Under the pieces are notes generated by a model that saw only the letters and a list, made by a program, of their open reading frames with translations, ran no database searches and had not been told where the DNA came from. From positions 64,001 to 128,000 of the IMG/VR virus record IMGVR_UViG_3300049489_001336: a stretch of DNA of 64,000 nucleotides; one strand, given 5' to 3'. Each line of letters starts with the position of its first letter. The stretch's first letter is position 1. Positions 55,834 to 64,000 of this stretch are shown in pieces. This DNA is from a virus. A program made the translations under genes and the position numbers.

Positions 55834-58122
55834 ATGAAAAAAATCCATAACAATCATGGCTTTCATGCAAACGCATGCCAACCGCATAGCACTATACTTC
55901 GCCTTAGCGGTGACCAACTACTTTGGTGTTTGTCACCAATCTGGCCACGCAATCGAACTGAGGCGCTAAGTCAACAAACCATCCGACAGGCCCCCACCTT
56001 ACTCCGACGTAACCGCAATCTCGTAGATGTCGGGGTATGGAAGATGGTGGACGTTGATGTGTGCCTACATGATGAAATTGGTTGGTTCATCCTCCATTGG
56101 CCCCGTGTTTTGGACACTTTTTTGAAAAGCGGAATTACTATCGACCGCGTAACCCGCTGCATACCGAGCCTCAAGACCCTGCAGACAGCCTGCAGGAACG
56201 ACCCTGCAGCGCGCTACGCGGCCTGGCGAAGCCTCCAAAGCACTTTCGACGCCCAGATGCCGCCAGGCGCCCTTTTGCGGGCTCCTATGAGCCTCACAAG
56301 CGTTTTGTCCGAGTTTTCCACAGAAAAATACGATACAGCTGGAAATCCCCAGGGGTACCTAGATGAATTTTCAGTAGTGAAATGTGGACAGTTGTCCGCT
56401 ACAGCGCACGAAGGCAATGTTTTAGACCTCGAAACACGCCTAAACCGACTGTCAGTTTTTCAACTTGTAAATTTGATGAAGATCAACCCTGTACTGCTTG
56501 ATTTGGGTCATCCCCTCATCAAGTTCTTGTACATGGCGCTCATGCGGCTACACACCACGCCAGAGCACCACGGGTGGGCCCACTGGGGTATCTTATGGAC
56601 CAAAAAAGGTCTGGTGTTCAACCCAGCCATCGCAGCAAAGCACGTGGAAGATGACCCAGCCGTGGCAGTACAACTTGGTTTGCGTACGTTCACAGATGAG
56701 CGTGCGCATGACCTCATTGCGCGCACGACAGACCCCAGCACGTTCTCGCGTAGAGACCTTGCGACGTTCCCTCCTATCGACAGCTTGATTACGAACACAC
56801 CTGCGTCGAGAGAGCACATTGCTAAGTCTATTGAGCCCCTGAAAAGCCTGTACACAAACACCGAATTAGCTGTGTATCAATCGTGCCACAAGCGAGAGTG
56901 TTTGTATTTCCCTATCGAAAGTGAAAAATCAGGGATTATTCAATATTTCAAACAACTAATACTTGTCTCCGCTGAACTCACAAAACCTGACCCTAAACTC
57001 CCTCGGGCCTTGCGGCGCTGCTTTCCCCAGTTCGCACCCAAGACTAAAAAATACATCCCAAAACACCGAGGTGTGGAGCATTCCAAACTCGATTTGGAAG
57101 ACAAAGAACGCATGAGGCCTGTCGCCCTCTGTCAGTTCAACGCTTTTGATCTCTCTTATTGGGACCCCGACCGTTCCGAAACCCTAGAAGAAGGTCTTCC
57201 TTTCCAACCTATGACTATGGAGTTCGCACAATGGGCAGGCTACCAGTACATGTCTTTTCCCGTCGAACTCGCAGAAAAGCTTCCTGAACTCAAAGAGCCT
57301 GTTCTGCTCAAAGACACGGTAATCAGCGCTAATTTAGGTTGGCAGGAATACCCTACGTCTGTAGGAACGGGCGTCGAGCACATTGTTTTGCGCATCAATG
57401 ATGATGTTCTGACAGTTAAAAGCCCTCTCAATACCGTAGAAATTAACTACGGTAAACAAGAGCGGCGCCCCGATCGTTCTCCCAATACGTTCAAGCCCAA
57501 AGTAGGGATTGGGTACTTTATTCATCCTACCTTATTTGTACCAAATGGGCCGGCACACCTTCTACTGGACGCCATCAAGGACAACCGGCCAGGTATCAGT
57601 ATTGCTACAAAGAATCTCATAGAGGCTTTTCAAGTTCTTTGTCGCTGGATTTATAGCCCAGAACTATGCACAGGCATGATCTCGGGAGAACTCGAAGCCG
57701 CACTAAGCCCTGAGAGTCCAGTTATCCTAGACACCCCCAGTGCCCGGCTAAAGTTTTTGCAAGAAAGAGCCACCCGTTCTCGTTATCATGTGCCTCCCCA
57801 TGAAAGTGAGCTCGGCGCCAAAGGTCAACGCTCCAAACAAATGGTCGACTACGACCGGTTTTTGTATTGGTACGTCGCCAAATACGAGCTGGCTGTTCTG
57901 TGGGAAACCAAAAAATGGGCTTTCTGCAAAGAAGACCAGGCCCAGTACATCTGCAAACGCTGGATGCGTTGGCGCCGCGAACTCGCAAGCATGCCGCACC
58001 TGGTGGATCCTTATCCTGGGATTTCTCGCAGGGACGTGAAGGGCTTGATTAGTTACAACGACTGGAACAAGCTCCTTACTACCGCCAATAAGATGTTTGG
58101 CCGCTCCCCGATGGAGCTCTGA
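55834..58122 (+). CDS. large hypothetical protein (762 aa)
   Basis: Long open frame divergent from the RHH gene; no motif recognised; start uncertain. Confidence 0.75.
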   Translation: MKKIHNNHGFHANACQPHSTILRLSGDQLLWCLSPIWPRNRTEALSQQTIRQAPTLLRRNRNLVDVGVWKMVDVDVCLHDEIGWFILHWPRVLDTFLKSGITIDRVTRCIPSLKTLQTACRNDPAARYAAWRSLQSTFDAQMPPGALLRAPMSLTSVLSEFSTEKYDTAGNPQGYLDEFSVVKCGQLSATAHEGNVLDLETRLNRLSVFQLVNLMKINPVLLDLGHPLIKFLYMALMRLHTTPEHHGWAHWGILWTKKGLVFNPAIAAKHVEDDPAVAVQLGLRTFTDERAHDLIARTTDPSTFSRRDLATFPPIDSLITNTPASREHIAKSIEPLKSLYTNTELAVYQSCHKRECLYFPIESEKSGIIQYFKQLILVSAELTKPDPKLPRALRRCFPQFAPKTKKYIPKHRGVEHSKLDLEDKERMRPVALCQFNAFDLSYWDPDRSETLEEGLPFQPMTMEFAQWAGYQYMSFPVELAEKLPELKEPVLLKDTVISANLGWQEYPTSVGTGVEHIVLRINDDVLTVKSPLNTVEINYGKQERRPDRSPNTFKPKVGIGYFIHPTLFVPNGPAHLLLDAIKDNRPGISIATKNLIEAFQVLCRWIYSPELCTGMISGELEAALSPESPVILDTPSARLKFLQERATRSRYHVPPHESELGAKGQRSKQMVDYDRFLYWYVAKYELAVLWETKKWAFCKEDQAQYICKRWMRWRRELASMPHLVDPYPGISRRDVKGLISYNDWNKLLTTANKMFGRSPMEL

Positions 58123-58264
58123 CACAAGATATTGACACGCACACTGCCGTGGAGTAGTGTTTTAAGGCTGCGTCGTGTGGTCGTGCACGTCTGTTGGTAA
58201 TGGTGGACTCCGAGGGTGTTGGCAAGCACTCTCGGAGTTTTTATTTTTGAGCTAAAAAAGAGCA

Positions 58265-58762
58265 CTAGGCTCTCACAATACACTGCTGGTCATTTAATTT
58301 AACTTTGACTTGAACAGCCTTGGTCTTCTTGGCCGGGCTGTCCAAGTACAAGATGCTGTGGCAAGTACGTTCGATGTCGTCGAAGTCAGTGATATAATAA
58401 TCGACTAACCTCTCCGTCTTGTAACATCGATAAATCACTGAAATCACCTTTGGGAAACCTACCCACAAAGACCCGTGAGTCACGTTGTGGGTTGCACTAA
58501 CTACACTGTGTAGAGTCCACCAAAAATGGCGGTTTCTTTTCAGCATACCTTGTTCTGGGTGCTCATATTTTATAGAGAGGTTGTTGTACGTTGAATGTCT
58601 CTTAACGTACCAGGTAAGCCCCAAAGGCGCATAGCAATAAGGCAGCCATGTGATTAGATATGGTTTATAATTAGAGTCTAATACGTGGCCGCTTTGTATT
58701 TCCCAAACGTAATCCACGCGCCTTCCCAATAATTCCGGCAATGCACGCTCATTAATGTACAT
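58265..58762 (-). CDS. tandem paralog family member
   Basis: SLWV.F..VISVIY...DYYITDF...KVKLN. Confidence 0.8.
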   Translation of the reverse strand: MYINERALPELLGRRVDYVWEIQSGHVLDSNYKPYLITWLPYCYAPLGLTWYVKRHSTYNNLSIKYEHPEQGMLKRNRHFWWTLHSVVSATHNVTHGSLWVGFPKVISVIYRCYKTERLVDYYITDFDDIERTCHSILYLDSPAKKTKAVQVKVKLNDQQCIVRA

Positions 58763-58767
58763 ATGCT

Positions 58768-59295
58768 TTACGCCTTGACGATGCGTCGATCATCATCGAG
58801 TTTAACTTTGACTTGGGGTTCGATGCCTTGGTTGTCTAATGCCAAAGGGCTAAGGCTCTCAGCCAAATAGCTACTGTTAAAATTGTAGCTATAATAATCG
58901 GTATAGTTGGTTTTAACCGAGGAATCATAGCGGTATAGCACTGCTATAATCCGAGGGAAGTCTACCCACAAAGAAACGGACTGAACGCCTAGTGTATAGC
59001 GGGTAAGCCGTGCTAAATTTAACCAAAAGTATTTGTTTTTAGCCCTAGTTTGTAGGTTAAATGTCCCTAACCTAACGTAAGGTTTACGAATGCTATCCGT
59101 ATTCGTAGTTGTACGACTCAAAGAATGACGTTCAACGTCGTATGTCAGGCCGTTTTGGTTGTAGTAAATAGGTAACCACGTCGAGTGTTCAGGGAACACG
59201 TAAGGGATATTGTCAGTAGCAGGCCCTGGTAATTCCCAGACATTAAGCACTCTTCGTCCAAGCAGAGACTTCACGACGTTGGCGTTGACGTACAT
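58768..59295 (-). CDS. tandem paralog family member
   Basis: SVSLWVDF..IIAVLY...DYYSYNF...KVKLDD. Confidence 0.8.
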   Translation of the reverse strand: MYVNANVVKSLLGRRVLNVWELPGPATDNIPYVFPEHSTWLPIYYNQNGLTYDVERHSLSRTTTNTDSIRKPYVRLGTFNLQTRAKNKYFWLNLARLTRYTLGVQSVSLWVDFPRIIAVLYRYDSSVKTNYTDYYSYNFNSSYLAESLSPLALDNQGIEPQVKVKLDDDRRIVKA

Positions 59296-59786
59296 ATACG
59301 TTTGTCCTTATCAAGGAAAATGCGGACAGCTTTAAAATCAGACCATAAAACGAACCCAATATACCCATTACAAAGATTATGTGTGTCTAAATCACTTATG
59401 TAGTAGTCAACACCAAGCTTGGTATTTACCACCGTAATGCTCTTGTGGTTGTCTAAAAACCACAAAGTGATGTGTCTTGTATACCCGCGTGCGGCTACGC
59501 GCGATAAAAACAGCCAAAAGTCTTCGTAAAAGGCACGGGTGTCTGCATCAAGATCTCTGTGATTTTGATGTATGCACTTGTTATTGCGCCTCCATACGTG
59601 TCTTTTATCAGTGTAAAAACTGACTCTATTGTTGTAGTACAGCTGCGTAGGCACTCCTGTAGTGCTGGTAGGCCAGGGTTCGTGATCTACGATGACGTAA
59701 TTACGCGCATGTTCGATGTCTAGCTCCCATACATGACAAAGTTTACGCCCTAGGACGTACAACAAAAGGTCTTTACTTACGAACAT
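59271..59786 (-). CDS. tandem paralog family member
   Basis: HITLWFL...VDYYISDL...RIFLDKD. Confidence 0.8.
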   Translation of the reverse strand: MFVSKDLLLYVLGRKLCHVWELDIEHARNYVIVDHEPWPTSTTGVPTQLYYNNRVSFYTDKRHVWRRNNKCIHQNHRDLDADTRAFYEDFWLFLSRVAARGYTRHITLWFLDNHKSITVVNTKLGVDYYISDLDTHNLCNGYIGFVLWSDFKAVRIFLDKDKRICTSTPTS

Positions 59787-60267
59787 ACGGTAGGTCTTTA
59801 TTGTTTACGTACGTTACTTCGTCTATCGGCGGGCGGGACTCAGTGTATTCACTGCAGATAAACCTGTTGCACTCTCCAAAGGTCTTAAAGTCAGTGATAT
59901 AATAATCGTAACAACCACTACACCTAAACACCGCCACTACTTTGTAATTCGCAAAGACCCACAACGAGATATGCTGAATATAACGTTCACGTGTAACGTT
60001 TGTTAAAAAGAACCAGAAGTTCTCACTGAACTTCTTGAACCGCTCTGATTTACCCTCTAATGACTCTCTGTAATTAACATCAGTTCGATCCTTATAAACA
60101 CTGATTCGCGTATTACTGTTAATGCAACTAGGCACTATTGACGTGCTTGTAGGCCATGCGCAATACGCTGCAAACGTATTATCTAGACAGAACTGGGCGT
60201 CGAGTTCCCATACGGCAATAAGCGTACGTACATCGACAGCCTTTAAAACGTTGGACGGTATTCGCAT
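59773..60267 (-). CDS. tandem paralog family member
   Basis: HISLWVF...YDYYITDF. Confidence 0.8.
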   Translation of the reverse strand: MRIPSNVLKAVDVRTLIAVWELDAQFCLDNTFAAYCAWPTSTSIVPSCINSNTRISVYKDRTDVNYRESLEGKSERFKKFSENFWFFLTNVTRERYIQHISLWVFANYKVVAVFRCSGCYDYYITDFKTFGECNRFICSEYTESRPPIDEVTYVNNKDLPYVRK

Positions 60268-60743
60268 ACTTTGCCTTGGTCGTCTAATTGAATGCGCGCA
60301 TACCCTGGTGCTCGTAATACTGCACCTCTAAATAGCAGATAATGATTATTAAAACGCGTCCCATGGACGTGAGAATAGTAATAATCTACGTAGGTAGTAT
60401 GGCTTGAGCGCTGATGAAACACGGAAATGACGCTTAACCCAAAAACCCATAACGTGACGTGGTTGTTTGACACGGTTATCAAACCGCGGAGTCGTTCGTA
60501 GAACGAGATACGTGATTCTCGGTTTTCGTCATAGTCGCCCTCTTTTAATATATCCCTATTACGCCGTTGCCCCTTTCGAACGCTGTAGCTTTGAACTTTC
60601 CAGGGGGACAGTAAAGGGTTGCCTGTAAAAATCGTCCAAGTAAGGCCGTGTTTCTTTATGTCTACAAAAAAAGAATCTATCTCATGGGTATAATCTAATT
60701 GAAGCCCGTTTATTCGCTCGAAGACAACTTGGGGGACATACAT
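60243..60743 (-). CDS. tandem paralog family member
   Basis: HVTLWVF..SVISVF...VDYYYSHV...RIQLDD. Confidence 0.8.
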   Translation of the reverse strand: MYVPQVVFERINGLQLDYTHEIDSFFVDIKKHGLTWTIFTGNPLLSPWKVQSYSVRKGQRRNRDILKEGDYDENRESRISFYERLRGLITVSNNHVTLWVFGLSVISVFHQRSSHTTYVDYYYSHVHGTRFNNHYLLFRGAVLRAPGYARIQLDDQGKVCEYRPTF

Positions 60744-61183
60744 AGGATTCCCTCTTTATTGAGAAAAATAGAACAAAAAGATTCGTGATTAGCTACGTCC
60801 TGATACAACGCATTGTGATTAATGAAATCAGTAGGATGGACATGGGCGTAATAGTATTCAGTGTGCTCTACGTGATAGATCACCGAAATGACGTGGTAGT
60901 TGAACATCCACAATGACACGTGCTGCGTACTGTACATAACAAAGGACGACAGGCGTGTGTAAAACTCCGCGTACATTTGCCATTCTGAGTTTGCTTTTTC
61001 GAATTTATTTTTACCCTTTTTTAAGCTGAAAGTACGCACTATCCAGGGCACTAAAACAGCGCGCGCAGGATTGGTCCATGTGGCTTTGCGTGCTAATCCA
61101 CGAAAGTGGGCGGGTTCCATTTCAAAGACGCAATCTAATTTATTGCCCACAATGGCTTGGGCTACGCGATATGGGACGCGCAT
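60710..61183 (-). CDS. tandem paralog family member (start MRVP at 61183)
   Basis: HVSLWMF...VISVIY...EYYYAHV...IFLNKEG. Confidence 0.8.
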   Translation of the reverse strand: MRVPYRVAQAIVGNKLDCVFEMEPAHFRGLARKATWTNPARAVLVPWIVRTFSLKKGKNKFEKANSEWQMYAEFYTRLSSFVMYSTQHVSLWMFNYHVISVIYHVEHTEYYYAHVHPTDFINHNALYQDVANHESFCSIFLNKEGILCMSPKLSSSE

Positions 61184-61184
61184 A

Positions 61185-61655
61185 TTAGGCCTTACAAATG
61201 ATGTGGTTTTCATTGAGGCGAATCTTCACGTGATCTCTCCAATAAACGGGTTCGTAAATTCCCAGGTAACCCGTGACGTGCTCCCGTTGCAACGTGTAAA
61301 AACAATGCCAGTACATGATTGACCCACTGGCGACGTGCAGTGCAAACACGTGCTCTTCGCGAGAGAGCTCTAAAAGAGTACAGTGGTAGGAGTCCATTGC
61401 TTGCCATTTGGTCTGCATCTGGGACCATAGGTGCGAATTATTGGCGATGTTAAGCAAGGTGGTGGTGTACGTGCCATACCCTTTGCCTATACAAATACAT
61501 TCGCATTTTTTGTGCGGAGGCACAGTGGCGCGTACAACCATCGCGCTGTGTATGGTAACGCGTTGCGTATTGAACCGTACCGCGTCGTGGATTTCGTAAC
61601 AGTTGTAGAGCTTCCGCCGTAGCAGTACATCGGCGACTGCTTTAGGTACGCGCAT
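61185..61655 (-). CDS. tandem paralog family member
   Basis: MRVP N-terminus, KIRLNEN C-terminus; centre diverged. Confidence 0.7.
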   Translation of the reverse strand: MRVPKAVADVLLRRKLYNCYEIHDAVRFNTQRVTIHSAMVVRATVPPHKKCECICIGKGYGTYTTTLLNIANNSHLWSQMQTKWQAMDSYHCTLLELSREEHVFALHVASGSIMYWHCFYTLQREHVTGYLGIYEPVYWRDHVKIRLNENHIICKA

Positions 61656-62120
61656 TTACCACCTTATAACAATGTGCCTGTTTACCCCTTTTACCAGATA
61701 GAGCGCCTCAGTATTCGTGTATACGAATTTACTGGCGATGTATTCGTGATTAGGTTTGTAATAAGCGCCTGTCTCGTTGAATTTAGACAGGTAATAGTTA
61801 ACTCCGCCTTCGTTGCGCGTTAGTACAGTAATTACCCAACCGCCGTCCAACAGCCATAAACTACTGCTTGTAGCGTATTCACCCGTATAGAGATTTCTTA
61901 GAGTTTGCCAGAACGGAGCATCTACTTGGATAGAATCATCCCAGACCGCCTTGCCTTTATTAAGCGAAAAACGCAAGGCGTGCAGGACAGGATGCAGTCC
62001 TTGTGTATTATTTACAAAATTTATATGCTTGGTGGATGTGAAAGGCTGTCCACTAAACTCAAGGCAACTCAAGAGGCAACGCCCGTAGAGTTTGTGAGCG
62101 ACTTTACGAGGGACGTACAC
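61656..62120 (-). CDS. tandem paralog family member
   Basis: MYVP; SSLWLL...VITV...VNYYLSKF. Confidence 0.78.
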   Translation of the reverse strand: MYVPRKVAHKLYGRCLLSCLEFSGQPFTSTKHINFVNNTQGLHPVLHALRFSLNKGKAVWDDSIQVDAPFWQTLRNLYTGEYATSSSLWLLDGGWVITVLTRNEGGVNYYLSKFNETGAYYKPNHEYIASKFVYTNTEALYLVKGVNRHIVIRW

Positions 62121-62562
62121 AGTACACTACTCCGTCTTTATTGAGTCGCACTAGACACTGGGATTTGTGCTTTGTATTGTCAAACAATCGGTCCCAGTAG
62201 GAGGCTACCTTATCATGCACCGGAAATGCGTCGTTGAAATCGCAGTAGTAATACTTACGAAGGCGTTGATTGTCTTTGTTTATATACGTGACCTCGTACA
62301 ACACCAAATTATGCGCAAACAACCACATGCTAACATTCTTGGCGCTAATGCCTGTACTATTCACAAATAGGTGCTGATAAAACAGACCCATATCAAACGT
62401 ATTAGTCCTTATTTTAAATTCTCTATGATTAACCGAAATACGCTTGTAATTAGTAGCGATGCCCTTAGCAAGGCATGCGGCTTCGGATAACCACTTAAAG
62501 TCCATGGCGCATTCAAGGCGCTTGCCTTCGATGAGTTCCCCTACTTCGTTAGGGACGTACAC
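62104..62562 (-). CDS. tandem paralog family member
   Basis: MYVP; NVSMWLF...YYYCDF...VRLNKDG. Confidence 0.78.
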   Translation of the reverse strand: MYVPNEVGELIEGKRLECAMDFKWLSEAACLAKGIATNYKRISVNHREFKIRTNTFDMGLFYQHLFVNSTGISAKNVSMWLFAHNLVLYEVTYINKDNQRLRKYYYCDFNDAFPVHDKVASYWDRLFDNTKHKSQCLVRLNKDGVVYCVRPS

Positions 62563-63046
62563 AGGTTAATTCTCCTGTTTGAGGGTCGTGTTTTAAGTAA
62601 ATGCCTGAATGCTCCAAAGAACTTATTTTACCCAAAAACTGATGATTCGTGAAATTGGTTTCATCAAATATTGTTTGGTAGAAATGATGAATAAGAGGGT
62701 GTTCATGCTCCACGTGCAGAACCGAGGTGTAAATTGTAATGATTGTTTTGAAATTACAAAATAGAAAAGTCATTAAATCGGCATGATCTCGTTTAAAGAA
62801 TATACGTATATGCTCTGCTATATTATCTATTAGGACACAGTGGCGGTCATTAGGGATGACACCCCTTACTTTTGTATAATCAGATTTGCGTAATAAAGAC
62901 TCAACGCTTTTACCTTCAACAAAGCCTGATTGTAAAAACGCCCTAGTCAAACTCCGATTGACTTCAGGACCTGTCATCATAGCTATACGCTTTACCTTTA
63001 GCCCCGGTATTATATGAGCGACTTCAATGGGGATTAACAGAGACAA
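62549..63046 (-). CDS. tandem paralog family member (diverged)
   Basis: L.IP N-terminus, TIITIY...FYQTIF. Confidence 0.65.
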   Translation of the reverse strand: MSLLIPIEVAHIIPGLKVKRIAMMTGPEVNRSLTRAFLQSGFVEGKSVESLLRKSDYTKVRGVIPNDRHCVLIDNIAEHIRIFFKRDHADLMTFLFCNFKTIITIYTSVLHVEHEHPLIHHFYQTIFDETNFTNHQFLGKISSLEHSGIYLKHDPQTGELTCVRP

Positions 63047-63501
63047 ATGACACCTTCTTCATCCAGTTTAATACGAACTAATCCTGCTCGCGGTCTGTCA
63101 CTACACGCGGATCCGTGGTTAATGCCTAGTCTCGGATTAGTAAGATAAAATGTTTTTGTGACCCATCCACTTTCTTGAAGAGGTCTGTAGTGATAAATAG
63201 ACACAATACGGGTAGACTTTAATACCCACAATGTGACATTTACAATCGCTTTATTATTGGAAATGTTTATAACACTCGCCCAAAAGTCCTGGCTGTGTTC
63301 GTACGCTTGTGAACGGTCCGATAACCTTGGTCTGGTAAGGCCCTTACGTACAGACCGAACCCTGTAAGGAAAAGAACTTCGAATGATAAAGTCATCGGGA
63401 CAAGGGTCCAGGTCTTTTAGTAGCTCTGGTTTAACCATTTCTATGCAGCAAATGATCGTGTCACCGCTAATCTTTTTTGCGAGGAATCTAGGAATCCACA
63501 T
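63034..63501 (-). CDS. tandem paralog family member (start MWIP at 63501)
   Basis: NVTLWVL...IVSIY...FYLTN...RIKLDEEG. Confidence 0.75.
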   Translation of the reverse strand: MWIPRFLAKKISGDTIICCIEMVKPELLKDLDPCPDDFIIRSSFPYRVRSVRKGLTRPRLSDRSQAYEHSQDFWASVINISNNKAIVNVTLWVLKSTRIVSIYHYRPLQESGWVTKTFYLTNPRLGINHGSACSDRPRAGLVRIKLDEEGVICLC

Positions 63502-63967
63502 CGAACTTAGCCATTTCAAATTTAATACTTTCCTGAAAAACACTAGCTTTAACTATTCGTATATGTAACGTATCTGTAAGAAAACCTACGTGAGAAAGAA
63601 GCATCCACCCTGAATAATCATCAAAAATGTAACAAGCCATGTGAACTAGTCCTAATTCACTACGCCGTATATCGATGTAATTAATCCAATCGTCGAGCAA
63701 TCGATGTATAAGCACCCTAGCTACACCCTTTTGTATTCTAATGGCACCTTTGTTAGAGATCCGCGTGACATAGGCATATTCAAGCCACTCGTTACACGTA
63801 ATCGAATGCGGGTTTTTGAGGTTGAGCGGGTATCTAGTAAGATTGACCCAGCTAGTCGGGCTACTCAGCTCTAACTGATATTTTAAACTTTTACCCCTTG
63901 TTTCCTTTTTTATTTTCGTTAGTGCTTTGCTGTAAAGACGAGGAGCAACCTTGATATACGTTGTCAT
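63488..63967 (-). CDS. hypothetical protein, possible distant member of the paralog family
   Basis: Same size and operon; signature only weakly present. Confidence 0.5.
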   Translation of the reverse strand: MTTYIKVAPRLYSKALTKIKKETRGKSLKYQLELSSPTSWVNLTRYPLNLKNPHSITCNEWLEYAYVTRISNKGAIRIQKGVARVLIHRLLDDWINYIDIRRSELGLVHMACYIFDDYSGWMLLSHVGFLTDTLHIRIVKASVFQESIKFEMAKFDVDS

Positions 63968-64000
63968 ACGTGCTCACACAAAATCACTGAAGCGTCAGCT

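Noticed and set aside
1-64000. Alternative genetic code (stop-codon reassignment)
   Set aside because: Recognisable genes (DHFR, Ro60, ligase, SNF2) are full length in the standard code, coding density is high and no suppressor tRNA was found.

Overview
The window looks like a 64-kb slice of a large, jumbo-type tailed phage genome. That assignment is inferred: no capsid, terminase or polymerase gene is in view. It rests on densely packed short minus-strand ORFs, 9 complete tRNA genes plus a split one, DHFR, dCMP deaminase, a MazG-like pyrophosphatase, DUF2829/Tad2 and a plus-strand block of likely virion genes. Main observations: (1) A Ro60/TROVE gene (21.1-22.8 kb) and nine related structured ncRNA units in two arrays (33.5-34.6 kb, 52.9-53.5 kb). 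Six carry a circularly permuted tRNA-like domain (T arm, closed acceptor stem, D arm) as in YrlA-type Y RNAs, and each unit has its own self-complementary terminal helix. (2) Six otherwise unrelated proteins (LigD-like PE-ligase, ATP-grasp enzyme, J-domain-like protein, Zn peptidase, two Gly-zipper proteins) share an exactly spaced motif [YH]-x2-G-x3-A-h-x2-L-G-h, usually followed by K-x-A, suggesting a packaging or ejection signal. Several have TATAAT-like boxes 6 nt before the ATG. (3) A tRNA-Leu(UAA) carries a 202-nt group I intron, and a CAU tRNA is interrupted right after the anticodon by an HNH ORF running off the window edge. (4) Thirteen GCAA-N6-TTGC palindromes lie in about 240 bp of a 1.5-kb intergenic region beside an RHH-type gene, a candidate centromere or origin. 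(5) Single-gene cassettes are flanked by near-identical terminator-promoter-RBS repeats (39.8-48.7 kb). (6) A tandem array of 11-12 highly diverged paralogs occupies 58.3-64 kb. (7) Signalling and anti-defence genes: REC-GGDEF cyclase, small alarmone hydrolase, Tad2, Fic. All family calls come from motif recognition by eye; no database searches were run.
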